The notes: a model not told the origin generated them from the sequence alone. Positions 38,985-49,848 are shown, counted from the first letter of the stretch. The stretch: 64,000 nt of DNA from Oscillospiraceae bacterium (GCA_017415775.1 JAFQFC010000063.1:836-64835); one strand, 5' to 3'. Translations and numbers: made by a program.

Positions 38985-39926
38985 TTAGCGCTGACCCTTG
39001 TCGTAGGGGATACCCTCCGCCTTGGGCGCACGGGACTTCTTGGAAGTGAAGGCCAGCACCACCAGGGAGATGATGTAGGGCATCATGTTGTAGATCTGGC
39101 TGGGCAGATTCAGTGCTGCCAGGAAGTCGAAGCCCATATACACGTTGGACAGGGCACGGAACAAACCGAACAGCAGCGCCGCCAGAGCGATGCGGATGGG
39201 ATTCCACTGACCGAAGATCATCACGGCCAGAGCCAGGAAGCCGAAGCCGGCCACACCGTACTCGAAGCGCCACTCGGACACGCCGGCGGTGATGAACACG
39301 ATGCCGCCCAGGCCACCCAGTGCACCGGAAATCAGCACACCGGCCCAGCGCATCTTATAGACGTTGATACCCACAGAGTCGGCAGCCTGGGGATGCTCAC
39401 CGCAGGCCATCAGACGCAGGCCAAAGCGGGTCTTGTACAGCATCATCCACACCAGAATCAGGGCCACCAGGGTGACAGCCATGAACCAGTTGAACTCGAA
39501 GCTGCCGATGTTCTCCATGAATGCACGCTTGGGGATGGGATACTGCACCACAGAGGACACGTCATCGGGATTGGCGGCCGTGTTGATGGCCTTGACGATG
39601 ACGGTAGCGCCGGCAGTACCCAGCAGGTTCAGCGCCGTACCAACAATGGTCTGGTCAGCCTTGAAGTTGATGCAGGCCACAGCCAGCAGCGAAGAATAGA
39701 TCAGACCGGACAGAGCGGCAGCCACCAGAACCGCCAGGATGATCACGATATCCGAGCTGCCTTCCGGCAGGTAGCGCATGGTCAGTGCGCCGCCCATGGC
39801 GCCGATGACCATGATGCCTTCCAGGCCCAGGTTAATGACGCCGGAGCGCTCAGAGATACAGCCGCCCAATGCCACCAGGATCAGCACGGAAGCGAACGTC
39901 AATGTATATTGCACCAGCAGTACCAT
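38985..39926 (-). CDS. Nucleoside ABC transporter permease
   Basis: SERSGVINLGLEG, GEHPQAADSVG. Confidence 0.9.
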   Translation of the reverse strand: MVLLVQYTLTFASVLILVALGGCISERSGVINLGLEGIMVIGAMGGALTMRYLPEGSSDIVIILAVLVAAALSGLIYSSLLAVACINFKADQTIVGTALNLLGTAGATVIVKAINTAANPDDVSSVVQYPIPKRAFMENIGSFEFNWFMAVTLVALILVWMMLYKTRFGLRLMACGEHPQAADSVGINVYKMRWAGVLISGALGGLGGIVFITAGVSEWRFEYGVAGFGFLALAVMIFGQWNPIRIALAALLFGLFRALSNVYMGFDFLAALNLPSQIYNMMPYIISLVVLAFTSKKSRAPKAEGIPYDKGQR

Positions 39927-41062
39927 TACTGATCGCCTCCCTTCTCCTCCGTCTTGGCTGCAAGCTTGGCAGCAGCCTTGGCCTCACTCTTAGCGATACC
40001 TGTATTCATCACATGCTTCATAAACAGAACGAAGCCGCACAGGTAGATGATGATCGCACTGATCAGATCGGAGATCTGTGCGCAGTACATGGTCTTATCC
40101 ACATACGCACCGCCGATGGTGATATGCTGGATAAAGAAGGAGGACAGCACGGCACCCACAGGATGCAGACCGCCCAGGAAGGCTGCGGCGATGCCGTTGA
40201 AGCCCATGGCAGGAACGGAAGCGGTGGAGCACTGCCACTGCTCGAAACCGGTCAGGTACAGCAGGGAAGCACCCATGCCGGCCAGTGCGCCGCTGATGAT
40301 CAGGGTAACGATGATGTTGCGCTTTTCTGCCATACCGCAGTACTTGGCAGCATTCTTGTTGTTACCGGTGGCCCGCAGCTCATAGCCGAAGCGGGTCTTA
40401 TCCAGCACGATCCACACCACGACCGCCATCACGATGGCCAGAGGAATGGCCAGGGTCACATACTGGTTGTTGGTAAACAGCTTACCCAGACCCAGCGAGG
40501 GGATCAGCGCCTGAGGCGCATGCGTCGTCAGCTGGAAGGTATAGGGGCTGGTTTCTTCCTTCACCAGCGTCAGCAGCATATTCACCAGATACAGGGTGAT
40601 CCAGTTGAGCATGATGCCGGAGATCACTTCGTTGACATTGCAGTAGGCCTTCAGCAGACCGCTGATGGCGCCCAGCAGGGCACCGGCGGCCATGGCAGCC
40701 AGGATGCACACCCACCAGGGCATCTGCCAGGCAATGGCGGCGTACAGGGCCAGACCCACGCCGGCGCAGTACTGGCCGGCAGTGCCGATATTGAACAGGC
40801 CCACCTTATAGGCAAAGATGATGGACAAAGAGCACATCAGCAGGGGTGCCGTTTTGACCAGCGTGTTGCCCAGATACTTCATCTGCGTCTCAGGCTTGCT
40901 GTAGGTCAGGAAGTTCTTGATAACGGTAACAATTGCCTCACCGGCGCCGCTGGGATTGATGAGCAGCAGCACGATGAAGCCCAGCAGCAGACCCAGCACG
41001 ATGCAGATCAACGAGGCCAGAAGGGACTGCACTCCTTCATTTTTCAGAAGATTCTTCTTCAT
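39926..41062 (-). CDS. Nucleoside ABC transporter permease
   Basis: GLFNIG, NEVISGIMLN, GYELRATG. Confidence 0.9.
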   Translation of the reverse strand: MKKNLLKNEGVQSLLASLICIVLGLLLGFIVLLLINPSGAGEAIVTVIKNFLTYSKPETQMKYLGNTLVKTAPLLMCSLSIIFAYKVGLFNIGTAGQYCAGVGLALYAAIAWQMPWWVCILAAMAAGALLGAISGLLKAYCNVNEVISGIMLNWITLYLVNMLLTLVKEETSPYTFQLTTHAPQALIPSLGLGKLFTNNQYVTLAIPLAIVMAVVVWIVLDKTRFGYELRATGNNKNAAKYCGMAEKRNIIVTLIISGALAGMGASLLYLTGFEQWQCSTASVPAMGFNGIAAAFLGGLHPVGAVLSSFFIQHITIGGAYVDKTMYCAQISDLISAIIIYLCGFVLFMKHVMNTGIAKSEAKAAAKLAAKTEEKGGDQ

Positions 41063-42597
41063 GCCTTCACCTCATCTCTCTTTGCGCCGGCCATGTACAG
41101 GCCCAGCTCTTCCTGGGTGGTGGTCTTGGGATCCAGTTCGCCCACGATCTCACCCTCGTACATTACCAGGATGCGGTCAGGCACATCCATGACCTCGTCC
41201 AGTTCCAGGGACACCAGCAGCACGCCCTTTCCGGCGTCACGCTGTGCCACCAGCTGCTTATGGATATACTCAATGGCACCCACGTCCAGACCACGGGTAG
41301 GCTGCACGGCGATCAGCAGTTCGGGATTCTTGTCGATCTCACGGGCCACGATGGCCTTCTGCTGGTTACCGCCGGACATGCTGCGGGCACGGGTCACGGG
41401 ACCCTGGCCGCTGCGGACGTCGTACTGCTCAATGAGCTGCTCAGCATAGGCGCGGATATTGTCACGGCGCAGGAAGCCCAGCTTGGAAGTAAACTCCGGT
41501 TCGAAGTAGCGCTGCAGCACCATGTTGTCTTCCAGCGAATAATCCAGCACCAGACCGTGCTTATGACGGTCCTCGGGAATGTGGCTCATGCCGCTGAGGC
41601 TGCGCTGGCGAATGGACGCCTTGGTAATATCCTTGCCGCACAGGGAAACGCTGCCTTCAGACAGCGGCTCCAGGCCGGACAGGCCGTACACCAGCTCGGT
41701 CTGGCCGTTGCCGTCGATACCTGCAATGCAGACGATCTCGCCGCGGCGGACGTTGAAGGACACCTTGTTGACGGCGTTCTCCTTGCTGCGCTTGGAAGCC
41801 ACCGACATGTTCTTCACTTCCAGCACCACATCGCCGGGCTTGGCCTCTTCCTTGGCCACATGGAAGTTGACGTTGCGGCCCACCATCATGGCAGACAGCT
41901 CTTCCATGGTCGTGTTGGCAGTCTCCACGGTGCCGATATACTTGCCCTTACGCAGGACGCTGCAGCGGTCAGCCACAGCCATGATCTCAGCCAGCTTGTG
42001 GGAGATGAAGAGGATGGACTTGCCCTCGGCGGCCAGATTCTTCATGATCTGCATCAGCTCGTCGATCTCCTGAGGAGTCAGCACGGCAGTGGGCTCGTCG
42101 AAGATCAGGATCTCGTTGTCGCGGTAGAGCATCTTGAGGATCTCGGTACGCTGCTGCATACCCACGGTGATGTCCTCGATGATGGCATCGGGATCTACCT
42201 GCAGGCCATACTTTTCAGACAGGGCCAGCACCTTTTCCCGGGCCTCTTTCTTCTGCAGGAAGCCGTTCTTGGTAGGCTCCACGCCCAGAATGATGTTATC
42301 CAGAACGCTGAAGCATTCCACCAGCTTGAAGTGCTGGTGCACCATGCCGATGTGCAGAGCGGTCGCGTCGTTGGGGTCCTTGATCTGAACCTCTTTGCCA
42401 TCCTTCTTGATGACGCCCTCCTCCGGCTGATAAAGGCCGAACAGGACGGACATCAGCGTGGATTTGCCGGCGCCGTTTTCGCCCAGCAGGGCATGGATCT
42501 CACCCTTGCGCAGCTGCAAGGTGATGTTGTCATTGGCGATAATACCTGGGAACTTTTTGGTAATGTTTAACATTTCAATGGCATACTGAGTTTCCAA
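41059..42597 (-). CDS. Nucleoside ABC transporter ATP-binding protein (tandem domains; probable TTG start)
   Basis: GENGAGKST, DEPT, SGGNQQK, QPTRGLD. Confidence 0.92.
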   Translation of the reverse strand: METQYAIEMLNITKKFPGIIANDNITLQLRKGEIHALLGENGAGKSTLMSVLFGLYQPEEGVIKKDGKEVQIKDPNDATALHIGMVHQHFKLVECFSVLDNIILGVEPTKNGFLQKKEAREKVLALSEKYGLQVDPDAIIEDITVGMQQRTEILKMLYRDNEILIFDEPTAVLTPQEIDELMQIMKNLAAEGKSILFISHKLAEIMAVADRCSVLRKGKYIGTVETANTTMEELSAMMVGRNVNFHVAKEEAKPGDVVLEVKNMSVASKRSKENAVNKVSFNVRRGEIVCIAGIDGNGQTELVYGLSGLEPLSEGSVSLCGKDITKASIRQRSLSGMSHIPEDRHKHGLVLDYSLEDNMVLQRYFEPEFTSKLGFLRRDNIRAYAEQLIEQYDVRSGQGPVTRARSMSGGNQQKAIVAREIDKNPELLIAVQPTRGLDVGAIEYIHKQLVAQRDAGKGVLLVSLELDEVMDVPDRILVMYEGEIVGELDPKTTTQEELGLYMAGAKRDEVKA

Positions 42598-42792
42598 GTT
42601 GAACGCCCTCCTTCCGTTTTCATGGCCCGCACACAAACAATCGCAGGGACGGAAACCATATAATAGAGTAAGTATACCACAAGAGCGCTGCAAACGCAAA
42701 GAATTTTTATGGATTTTGTATATTTTCCGGATAAGATGCAAAAAAGAAGACGGGCAAAGCCCGTCTTCTTTTAAAGGTTTGGGAATGTTGGA

Positions 42793-43947
42793 TTAGCCAA
42801 CGATCTGGCCCAGATAGCTCACGTTCACGTTGGTGACGGTGGGCTCAACGGAGGTGTCGGCGGAGACCTTGACGGTGCCGTCGAACATGCCCTTCACCAG
42901 AGCCTTGTAGTCATCCTGAGTGAAGCCATCGCCCCACTGAGTGGACTCCATGGGGATCTGGACATAGTTGGCAGTGGGATCATCGCCGCTCACCAGACCC
43001 AGGGTAGCAACCTTACCGGCATACTTCTCCCAGTTACCGTTGACGATAACGTCGGTCAGGGTGTCCACGGTGGTGGGATACAGACCCTTCATGGCGGAAG
43101 TGACGGTCAGGGACTTGTCGTCGCCCATACCGGCAACACCGGCGATAACGCCAGCCTGGTCAACGTCAACACCGATGACCTTAGCGCCGTCGACCTTGAC
43201 AGCAGCCTCAACAGCGGAAGTGAAGATACCGCCGCCGCAAGCGAAGACGACCTCAGTGCCGCCCTGATACCAGGTATCCATCACAGCGGTGAAGTCGGGG
43301 GTGCCGTAGAACAGACCACCATAGACGTAGTTCAGGTCAACAGTGATGCCCAGCTCCTTAGCAGCAGCATCGATGCCCTGCACGTAGCCGTAGCCGAAGC
43401 GCTGCACGGCGGGAACAGCCATACCACCCAGGAAGCCCAGCTTGGTGTAACCCAGCTTGACAGCAGCGTAACCGGCCATGTAACCGGACAGCTCTTCCTG
43501 ATAAACGGCGGAGTAAACGTTCTTCATGGTGTCGGCGGTCAGGCCGGCGGAGGTCAGGTCGAACTCAGCAACGTCCAGAGCGATGAACTTGACATCGGCA
43601 TAGTTGGGAGCGGACTGAGCAATGGCGTTGGCGAAAGCAAAGCCGGGCAGGACGATGACGTTGTAACCCTCGTCAACGGCCTTCTCGATCATAGCAACAC
43701 GCTCAGCGTCGGAGTCACCGGCGGGCTTGTAGTAGGTGAATTTCACACCGTTGGCATCAGCGAAAGCCTTGCAGGCCTCGTAGGTGGTCTGGTTGAAGGA
43801 CTGGTCGGTGATATCGCCGTAGTCGGTAACCATAGCAACCTTGTATTCGGGTTCGTTGTTGCCCTCGTCCACGGGAGCCTTCTCGCCGCAAGCGACCAGA
43901 GACAGAGCCATGACCAGAGCCAGGATCAGAGCAAGAATCTTCTTCAT
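42793..43947 (-). CDS. BMP-family nucleoside-binding lipoprotein
   Basis: Lipobox LVAC, DQSFNQ, IGVDVDQ. Confidence 0.9.
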   Translation of the reverse strand: MKKILALILALVMALSLVACGEKAPVDEGNNEPEYKVAMVTDYGDITDQSFNQTTYEACKAFADANGVKFTYYKPAGDSDAERVAMIEKAVDEGYNVIVLPGFAFANAIAQSAPNYADVKFIALDVAEFDLTSAGLTADTMKNVYSAVYQEELSGYMAGYAAVKLGYTKLGFLGGMAVPAVQRFGYGYVQGIDAAAKELGITVDLNYVYGGLFYGTPDFTAVMDTWYQGGTEVVFACGGGIFTSAVEAAVKVDGAKVIGVDVDQAGVIAGVAGMGDDKSLTVTSAMKGLYPTTVDTLTDVIVNGNWEKYAGKVATLGLVSGDDPTANYVQIPMESTQWGDGFTQDDYKALVKGMFDGTVKVSADTSVEPTVTNVNVSYLGQIVG

Positions 43948-44119
43948 TATTCTTCATACCTTTCTTAAAAATATCGGGATTTACCCAAGCCCGTGCATTA
44001 TATCAAAGTTTTCCGACAAAGGCAACCCTTTTTTCAACCTTTTTTGCCTTTTGGCAAAAATATCTTACGCCACCTGTCCGTCAACAAAAAAAGTGGGCGA
44101 AAAGCCCACTTTTTTTGAT

Positions 44120-44836
44120 TTACTTGTTAGCCATCTTGACGGCGATCTCCAGGCCGATCTTCATCATGTTGGTGAAGGTGGTCTGACGGGCCTCGGGAGG
44201 CAGCTCCTCGCCGGTGATCAGATTGTCGGAAATGGAGCAGATGGCCAGAGCACGCTTGCCGGTGTAGGCGGCATTGCAGTACAGGCCGGCAGCCTCCATC
44301 TCCACCGCCATGACGCCCATCTTGGTCCAGCGCATATTGCGCTGGGCAGCATCATAGAAGGTGTCGGAAGAGTAGAGGTTGCCCACGGGCATCTTCACGC
44401 CCAGTTCTTTGGCAGACTCCACAGCAGCCATCAGCAGCTCAAAGTCGGCGATGGGAGCGAAGGTGCCACCCAGCTCATACTGAGAGGCGAAGTTGGAATT
44501 GGTGCAGGCGCCCATACCGGCCACCACGCAGCCCAGCTCCAGATCGGCACGCATGGCACCGGCAGAGCCCACACGGATGATGTTGTCCACATCATACTCG
44601 GTGAACAGCTCGTAGGAATAGATACCGATGGTGGGAATGCCCATGCCGGAGGCCATCACAGACACGGGGACACCCTTGTAGGTACCGGTATAACCCTGAA
44701 TGCCGCGGACATTGTTGACCAGCACAGGATTTTCCAGAAAAGTCTCGGCGATGAACTTGGCACGCAGGGGGTCACCGGGCATCAGCACCGTCTTGGCGAA
44801 GGCACCCTTAGGAGCGTTATTGTGAGCAGTAGGCAT
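44120..44836 (-). CDS. deoD: Purine nucleoside phosphorylase
   Basis: MPGDPLRAK, GMGIP, VEMEAAG. Confidence 0.95.
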   Translation of the reverse strand: MPTAHNNAPKGAFAKTVLMPGDPLRAKFIAETFLENPVLVNNVRGIQGYTGTYKGVPVSVMASGMGIPTIGIYSYELFTEYDVDNIIRVGSAGAMRADLELGCVVAGMGACTNSNFASQYELGGTFAPIADFELLMAAVESAKELGVKMPVGNLYSSDTFYDAAQRNMRWTKMGVMAVEMEAAGLYCNAAYTGKRALAICSISDNLITGEELPPEARQTTFTNMMKIGLEIAVKMANK

Positions 44837-44854
44837 AGTCGATCTCTCCTTCTC

Positions 44855-45532
44855 TTAGTAAGTGTCGTCGGTGGTTTGGATATTCTTGACCGCCTTGACA
44901 ATACGGGACGTGCCCAGACGCTCAGCGCCCAGCGCCATAAAGTCCCGGGCATCATCCAGATTGGAAATGCCGCCGGCAGCCTTGATCTTCACGTGAGGAG
45001 CCACGTTGGCTTTGAACAGAGCCACGTCGGCACGGGTGGCACCGCCGCCGGCAAAGCCGGTAGAGGTCTTGATATACTCAGCGCCGGAAGCGCTGACCAC
45101 ACGGCACATCTCCTCCTTCTCCTCGTCGGTCAGGAGGCAGGTCTCGATGATGACCTTCAGCAGCTTGCCGCCGCAGGCCTCCTTGATGGCCCGGATCTCC
45201 TCCAGGACCTGATCGTACAGGCCGTCCTTGACCCAGCCGATATTGATGACCATGTCGATCTCCGAAGCACCGTTGGCCACGGCATCACGGGTCTCGGCGC
45301 ACTTGACGGCAGTCGTGGAATAGCCATTGGGAAAACCAATGACGGTGCAGATGGGCAGCTTGCCATCCACATAGGCGGCTGCCTGCTTAACATAGGAAGC
45401 GGGGATGCACACGCTGGCGCAGCCGTACTTCATGCCGTCGTCACAGATGGCCTGGATCTCCTTCCAGGTAGCCCCCTGACCCAGCAGGGTGTGGTCCACG
45501 ATGGCAAGAATGTCTTTGATATCCTGATTCAT
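44855..45532 (-). CDS. deoC: Deoxyribose-phosphate aldolase
   Basis: DHTLL, GFPNG, KVIIET, KTSTGF, KAAGGI. Confidence 0.96.
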   Translation of the reverse strand: MNQDIKDILAIVDHTLLGQGATWKEIQAICDDGMKYGCASVCIPASYVKQAAAYVDGKLPICTVIGFPNGYSTTAVKCAETRDAVANGASEIDMVINIGWVKDGLYDQVLEEIRAIKEACGGKLLKVIIETCLLTDEEKEEMCRVVSASGAEYIKTSTGFAGGGATRADVALFKANVAPHVKIKAAGGISNLDDARDFMALGAERLGTSRIVKAVKNIQTTDDTY

Positions 45533-45671
45533 AGAAAATTTCTCCTTTCGTAAGGGGGAATCTCCCTCATTGATTCGCTAAGGATTATTTTACCACGGAA
45601 GAAGTCGATTGTAAACAAAGGTTTGCAGCAAAAAAGCCGTCCGGCATCGCCGGACGGCTTTTCCCGATCAT

Positions 45672-46037
45672 TTACTTTACGATCTCGGCATCCGGGGCAT
45701 TGCGGCGAATGCTGTCAATGCCGTTGAGGCAGGAAGCCTTGGCCTTATAGCCCTCGCCGGTGGCGATGATCTCGCCGTTGCGGGCCTTCAGGCGGAAACG
45801 GAACTCGCCGGCCTTATCCACATAGACTTCGAACTTGGGGTTGGTAACAGCCTCGAAATTTTCCACAGTCTGGTCTTCCAGCTTGGCATCCACAGCGTTC
45901 TTGCGGACGCTCTCGATACCGTTCAGGCAGCCCTGCTCGGTGGTGTAAACTTCGCTGGTGGCGATCACTTCGCCGTTGCCGGCCTTCAGGTCGAACTTGA
46001 AACCGGTCTTGACTTCTTTAACAACAAACTTACCCAT
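45672..46037 (-). CDS. YegP / DUF1508 family protein
   Basis: Two repeats: FDLKAGNGEVIATSE and FRLKARNGEIIATGE. Confidence 0.88.
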   Translation of the reverse strand: MGKFVVKEVKTGFKFDLKAGNGEVIATSEVYTTEQGCLNGIESVRKNAVDAKLEDQTVENFEAVTNPKFEVYVDKAGEFRFRLKARNGEIIATGEGYKAKASCLNGIDSIRRNAPDAEIVK

Positions 46038-46160
46038 AGTCGCACCTCATTTTTCTTCCCGCAGGGCGGGTCTTTGGTTTATTTTACACCGCTTTGCAGC
46101 CGGTGTAAAGGAATTTTTTGTGAAATTTTGCCCGAACAGCAAAAGGTGTCTGTTTTTTCC

Positions 46161-46493
46161 TCACTTCTTGCCGAACAGGCCGCCCAGCTTATCCTCCAGC
46201 TTGTCAGCCAGCACGTCCAGCTTGTCGTCCACGGCGTCCATGTCCACTTTCGTCTTCAGCGCATCCAGCTTGTCATCCAGCTGATCGGCCAGTACATCCA
46301 GCTTGGCGTCGATGGCATCCATGTCCACCTTGGCCTTGATGGCGGTCACGATCTCGCGGAGCTTCTCATCGGGCAGATCGATGCCCAGCAGCTTTTCCAC
46401 CGTCTGGACGGGGGCTTCCTTGAACTGCTCCAGAATCCCGTCGTCGGCAGTGATCTTTTCCCACAACTCTTCGATCTTTTCTTTGATGTCCAT
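46161..46493 (-). CDS. Small acidic hypothetical protein with internal duplication
   Basis: AAGGAG RBS; KVDMDAxDxKLDVLAD occurs twice. Confidence 0.75.
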   Translation of the reverse strand: MDIKEKIEELWEKITADDGILEQFKEAPVQTVEKLLGIDLPDEKLREIVTAIKAKVDMDAIDAKLDVLADQLDDKLDALKTKVDMDAVDDKLDVLADKLEDKLGGLFGKK

Positions 46494-46665
46494 GCGGTAT
46501 ACTCCTTATCTTCCCATTTTTCCCTGCAGTGCAGGCCATTTTATGAACACAAGTATACCCTTGCTTTAGCACTTTGTCAAGTTAAAGCATTTTCTCCCAT
46601 GGAACAGATTCCCTGTTGACGAACGCAGCGGGATGTACTATGATAGGCGTAGAAGTACATATGGA

Positions 46666-46786
46666 AACGTCTTTGGGGCAAGGTGAAATTCCTGACCGAT
46701 GGTACAGTCCATGAACCTCCGCTTGCGGAGGCCGATCCGGTGCGATTCCGGAACCGACGGTGATAGTCCGGATGGGAAAAGACGAA
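46666..46786 (+). ncRNA. FMN riboswitch (RFN element)
   Basis: GGGGCAAGGTGAAATTCCTGACCGATGGT...AGTCCA, CCGACGGTGATAGTCCGGATGGGA; promoter TTGACG-17bp-TATGAT upstream; attenuator hairpin at 46834-46871. Confidence 0.93.
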
Positions 46787-46892
46787 ATACCTTTACGGTC
46801 GGGGTGTCTTGGCACTCTGTCCGATGCACGTATTTCCCGGGACTGTTTTCGGACTGTCTTCGGGAATTTTTGCGTTTTGGAGGTATGTTTTC

Positions 46893-47492
46893 ATGCAAAA
46901 AACCAGTCTGCGTCGGCTGACCATGGCCGCCATGATGGGCGCCATCGCCTTTGTGCTGATCTTCATCAACTTCGGTGTTCCCTTCCTGTCCCCGGTGGCA
47001 GAGTTTGACCTGTCGGCGCTGCCGGAGCTGATCGGCGGCTTCATTCTGGGCCCTGTGGGTGCCGTGATGATCATCGTGGTAAAGCTGGGCCTGAAGCTGG
47101 CCATTCAGGGCACCGAATCCATGTTCACCGGCGAGATCCAGAACTTCCTGCTGAGCGTGGCCTATGTACTGCCGGCCGTGCTGTACTATCGCCGCCACCG
47201 CACCAAGAAGGGTGCTGCCGTGGGTCTGGCCATTGGCGCCGTCACCAGCGTAGTGGTGGCCATCTTCACCAACCTGTACATCATTTTCCCCTTCTACATC
47301 AAGCTCTACGGCATGAACTGGGACGGCATCGTAGCCATGTTCAGCGCCGTGAATCCGTGGATCAAGGATATCCCCACCATGGTGGCCTTCTCTGTGGTAC
47401 CCTTTAACCTGATCTCCCGCACCATTACGGCGGTGCTGGCCTTTGTCACCTACAAAAAACTCAGCATTCCGCTGAAGAAGATGATCCAGTAA
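46893..47492 (+). CDS. ribU: Riboflavin ECF S component
   Basis: AMMGAIA, FDLSALP, VPFNLI; follows FMN riboswitch. Confidence 0.88.
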   Translation: MQKTSLRRLTMAAMMGAIAFVLIFINFGVPFLSPVAEFDLSALPELIGGFILGPVGAVMIIVVKLGLKLAIQGTESMFTGEIQNFLLSVAYVLPAVLYYRRHRTKKGAAVGLAIGAVTSVVVAIFTNLYIIFPFYIKLYGMNWDGIVAMFSAVNPWIKDIPTMVAFSVVPFNLISRTITAVLAFVTYKKLSIPLKKMIQ

Positions 47493-47507
47493 CAAGGAGG
47501 AACCGGT

Positions 47508-47993
47508 ATGAATTTCAGTGTGGATAAGACTTTGACCTTCCAGCAGGCTGTGGAGCTGATGTTCCGCAAGCTGGGCGACTGGAAGATCATGGCTTTGGCC
47601 AGCAGCGTCAACGACTACGTGATGGTACGCAACGTCAGCTGCCTGTTCTACGACAACAAAGTGTGGTTCAAGACGGACAAGAACTTCCGCAAGACCCAGC
47701 AGCTCTATCAGAATCCTCAGGTAGCCCTGTGCTGGAGCGGCGTGCAGATCGAGGGCACGGCCCGCAACTGCGGTCTGGTCATCGACGAGCCGGATCGCCG
47801 CTTTGAAAAGCTGTACAAGGAATTCCTGTGGGGCAGCTACAACAAATATTCCCACGAGCAGGACGAGATCATTATCGAGATCACCCCCCGCTTTGTGGAG
47901 GTGTGGGACACCAGCGAGGACAACTATGCGTTCCAGATCTTCATCGACTTTGAAAAGCAGAGCGTGGAAGTCAAGCAGTACGACCAGCGATAA
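47508..47993 (+). CDS. Pyridoxamine 5'-phosphate oxidase-like FMN-binding protein
   Basis: MALAS, WFKT...K..QL..NPQVAL split-barrel pattern. Confidence 0.75.
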   Translation: MNFSVDKTLTFQQAVELMFRKLGDWKIMALASSVNDYVMVRNVSCLFYDNKVWFKTDKNFRKTQQLYQNPQVALCWSGVQIEGTARNCGLVIDEPDRRFEKLYKEFLWGSYNKYSHEQDEIIIEITPRFVEVWDTSEDNYAFQIFIDFEKQSVEVKQYDQR

Positions 47994-48040
47994 ATAGGAC
48001 AAAACCGGGAACGCAGCAGCGTTCCCGGTTTTTTGTTTCC

Positions 48041-48616
48041 TCATTTGTTGGCTTCGTCCTCTCTCGGCCAAGGCGCAGGTACATGCATACCGCCGCACAG
48101 CCAGACGAAAAAGCGGTCGATCCGCTCACGGGGCAGCAGCACATTCACCAGAATCGCCACCACAACGCCCACTGCCGTATCCAGAATGCGGTCCAACGAG
48201 TAGGACACATAGCTGTCCACCGGCTGGTTGAACAGCAGGATGCACAGCATCACGCCGCCGGGATGGATCGCACCGGGCCAGTTAAAAAACTGGCTGGCCA
48301 GGATCAGCAGGATCACGCCGATAAACAGCAGCGGCAGCATCAGGAAATGAAAGCCGCCCTCGGGGTAGAAGATGATGTAAATACTGAACAGGCCCATGCC
48401 CAGAAAGCCGCCGATGATGGTGCCGAACAGACGGTTGCCGCCGTTGAGCCAGGAATGAGGAATATCCTTGCCGGTACCGAAAATGGCACCGATGCAGGCA
48501 AATGTGGGATTTCGATCGATCAATAAGTAGATCAATGCGCAGAGGGCGGCGGAAGCAGCCGTCTTGATGTTGCGCATACCAATATGAATTTTATGACGCG
48601 GTTTCTTTTCGCTCAT
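48041..48616 (-). CDS. Aromatic acid exporter / FUSC-family membrane protein
   Basis: IGMRNIKTA, NRLFGTIIGG, RILDTAVG. Confidence 0.8.
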   Translation of the reverse strand: MSEKKPRHKIHIGMRNIKTAASAALCALIYLLIDRNPTFACIGAIFGTGKDIPHSWLNGGNRLFGTIIGGFLGMGLFSIYIIFYPEGGFHFLMLPLLFIGVILLILASQFFNWPGAIHPGGVMLCILLFNQPVDSYVSYSLDRILDTAVGVVVAILVNVLLPRERIDRFFVWLCGGMHVPAPWPREDEANK

Positions 48617-48807
48617 AGCGTTCATCCTCATGTGAAAAAATTTAACGCATTTTTCGCATTGTCTCACATTATATCAAATAACGAAAAAATGTCAACTTTT
48701 TCTCTGTCGTTTTTTCGGAAAAAGTTGTATCTTCCGGGGGCAACGTGCTATAATCAACCGTAGCGGCGGCACACCGCCAACCATTGTATTTGCCGGAGGA
48801 ACGCACT

Positions 48808-49848
48808 ATGAAATTCCCCATCGATAAACAGTTTCTGATCGACTGCTTCAAAGAACTGGTAGAGGTCCCCAGCCCCGTGGGCTACGATCTGCAGCTGCGC
48901 CCCGTGCTGGAGCGTTACGCCGCCCGGTTCGGCTATACCGTCACCTATGACCGCCGGGGTACTCCCTACATCGAGCTGGAGGGACAGGACAACAGCAAGA
49001 CCGTGCTGCTGAGTGCCCATGCCGACACGCTGGGCCTGATGGTCCGCCACATTGAAGCGGACGGCACGCTGCTGGTCCGGGCGCTGGGCGGCATCAACTA
49101 CTGCAACATCGAAGGCTCCACCGTTATCGTCTATACCCGGGACGGCCGCAGCTATACCGGCATGATGGTCTGCCGCTCCCACTCCGTCCATGTCTTTTTG
49201 GACGCCCGCACCCTGCCCCGCAACGACGAGACCATGTTCATCCTGCTGGACAAGGACGTCCACAGCAAGGAAGACGTGCAGGCGCTGGGTATCCAGAACG
49301 GCGACATCGTTCACATCGAACCCGAGTGTGAATTCACCGAGACCGGCTACCTCAAGTCCCGCTTCATCGACGACAAGGCCGCCGTGGCCTGCGCCTTCGC
49401 CATGCTGAAGTACCTCAGCGAAAACGGCCTCAAGCCCAAGTACCGTACGCTGCTGGCCTTCCCCTACCGGGAGGAGATCGGCGTAGGCGGCCGCTATGTG
49501 CCTGAGGAAGTCAGCGAGTACATCGCCATCGACATCGGCCTCATCGGCCCCCAGCATGCCGGCGACGAGCGCAAGGTAAGCATCTGCGCCAAGGACAAGA
49601 ACGGCCCCTATGACTACGAGCTGATCAACCGCCTCATCGGTTACGCCGAAAAGGCTGAAGTCCCCTATGTGCTGGATGTGTTCCTCAACTACAGCACCGA
49701 CGGCAACGCCGCTGTCCGCGGCGGCAACAACCTGATCGCCGCCGACTTCGGCATGGCCTGCTGGTGCAGCCACGGCCGGGAACGCACCCATATCGACGGT
49801 ATCGAGGGCACCGCCCAGCTGATGCTGGCCTATGTGCTGGACATCTGA
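48808..49848 (+). CDS. M42-family aminopeptidase
   Basis: PSPVG, AHADTLG, SRFIDDK, REEIG, SHGRERTH. Confidence 0.9.
   Translation: MKFPIDKQFLIDCFKELVEVPSPVGYDLQLRPVLERYAARFGYTVTYDRRGTPYIELEGQDNSKTVLLSAHADTLGLMVRHIEADGTLLVRALGGINYCNIEGSTVIVYTRDGRSYTGMMVCRSHSVHVFLDARTLPRNDETMFILLDKDVHSKEDVQALGIQNGDIVHIEPECEFTETGYLKSRFIDDKAAVACAFAMLKYLSENGLKPKYRTLLAFPYREEIGVGGRYVPEEVSEYIAIDIGLIGPQHAGDERKVSICAKDKNGPYDYELINRLIGYAEKAEVPYVLDVFLNYSTDGNAAVRGGNNLIAADFGMACWCSHGRERTHIDGIEGTAQLMLAYVLDI

Noticed and set aside
43950-44110. Purine riboswitch upstream of the nucleoside-binding lipoprotein
   Set aside because: No purine aptamer core recognised; only a deoD terminator and an AT-rich promoter region.
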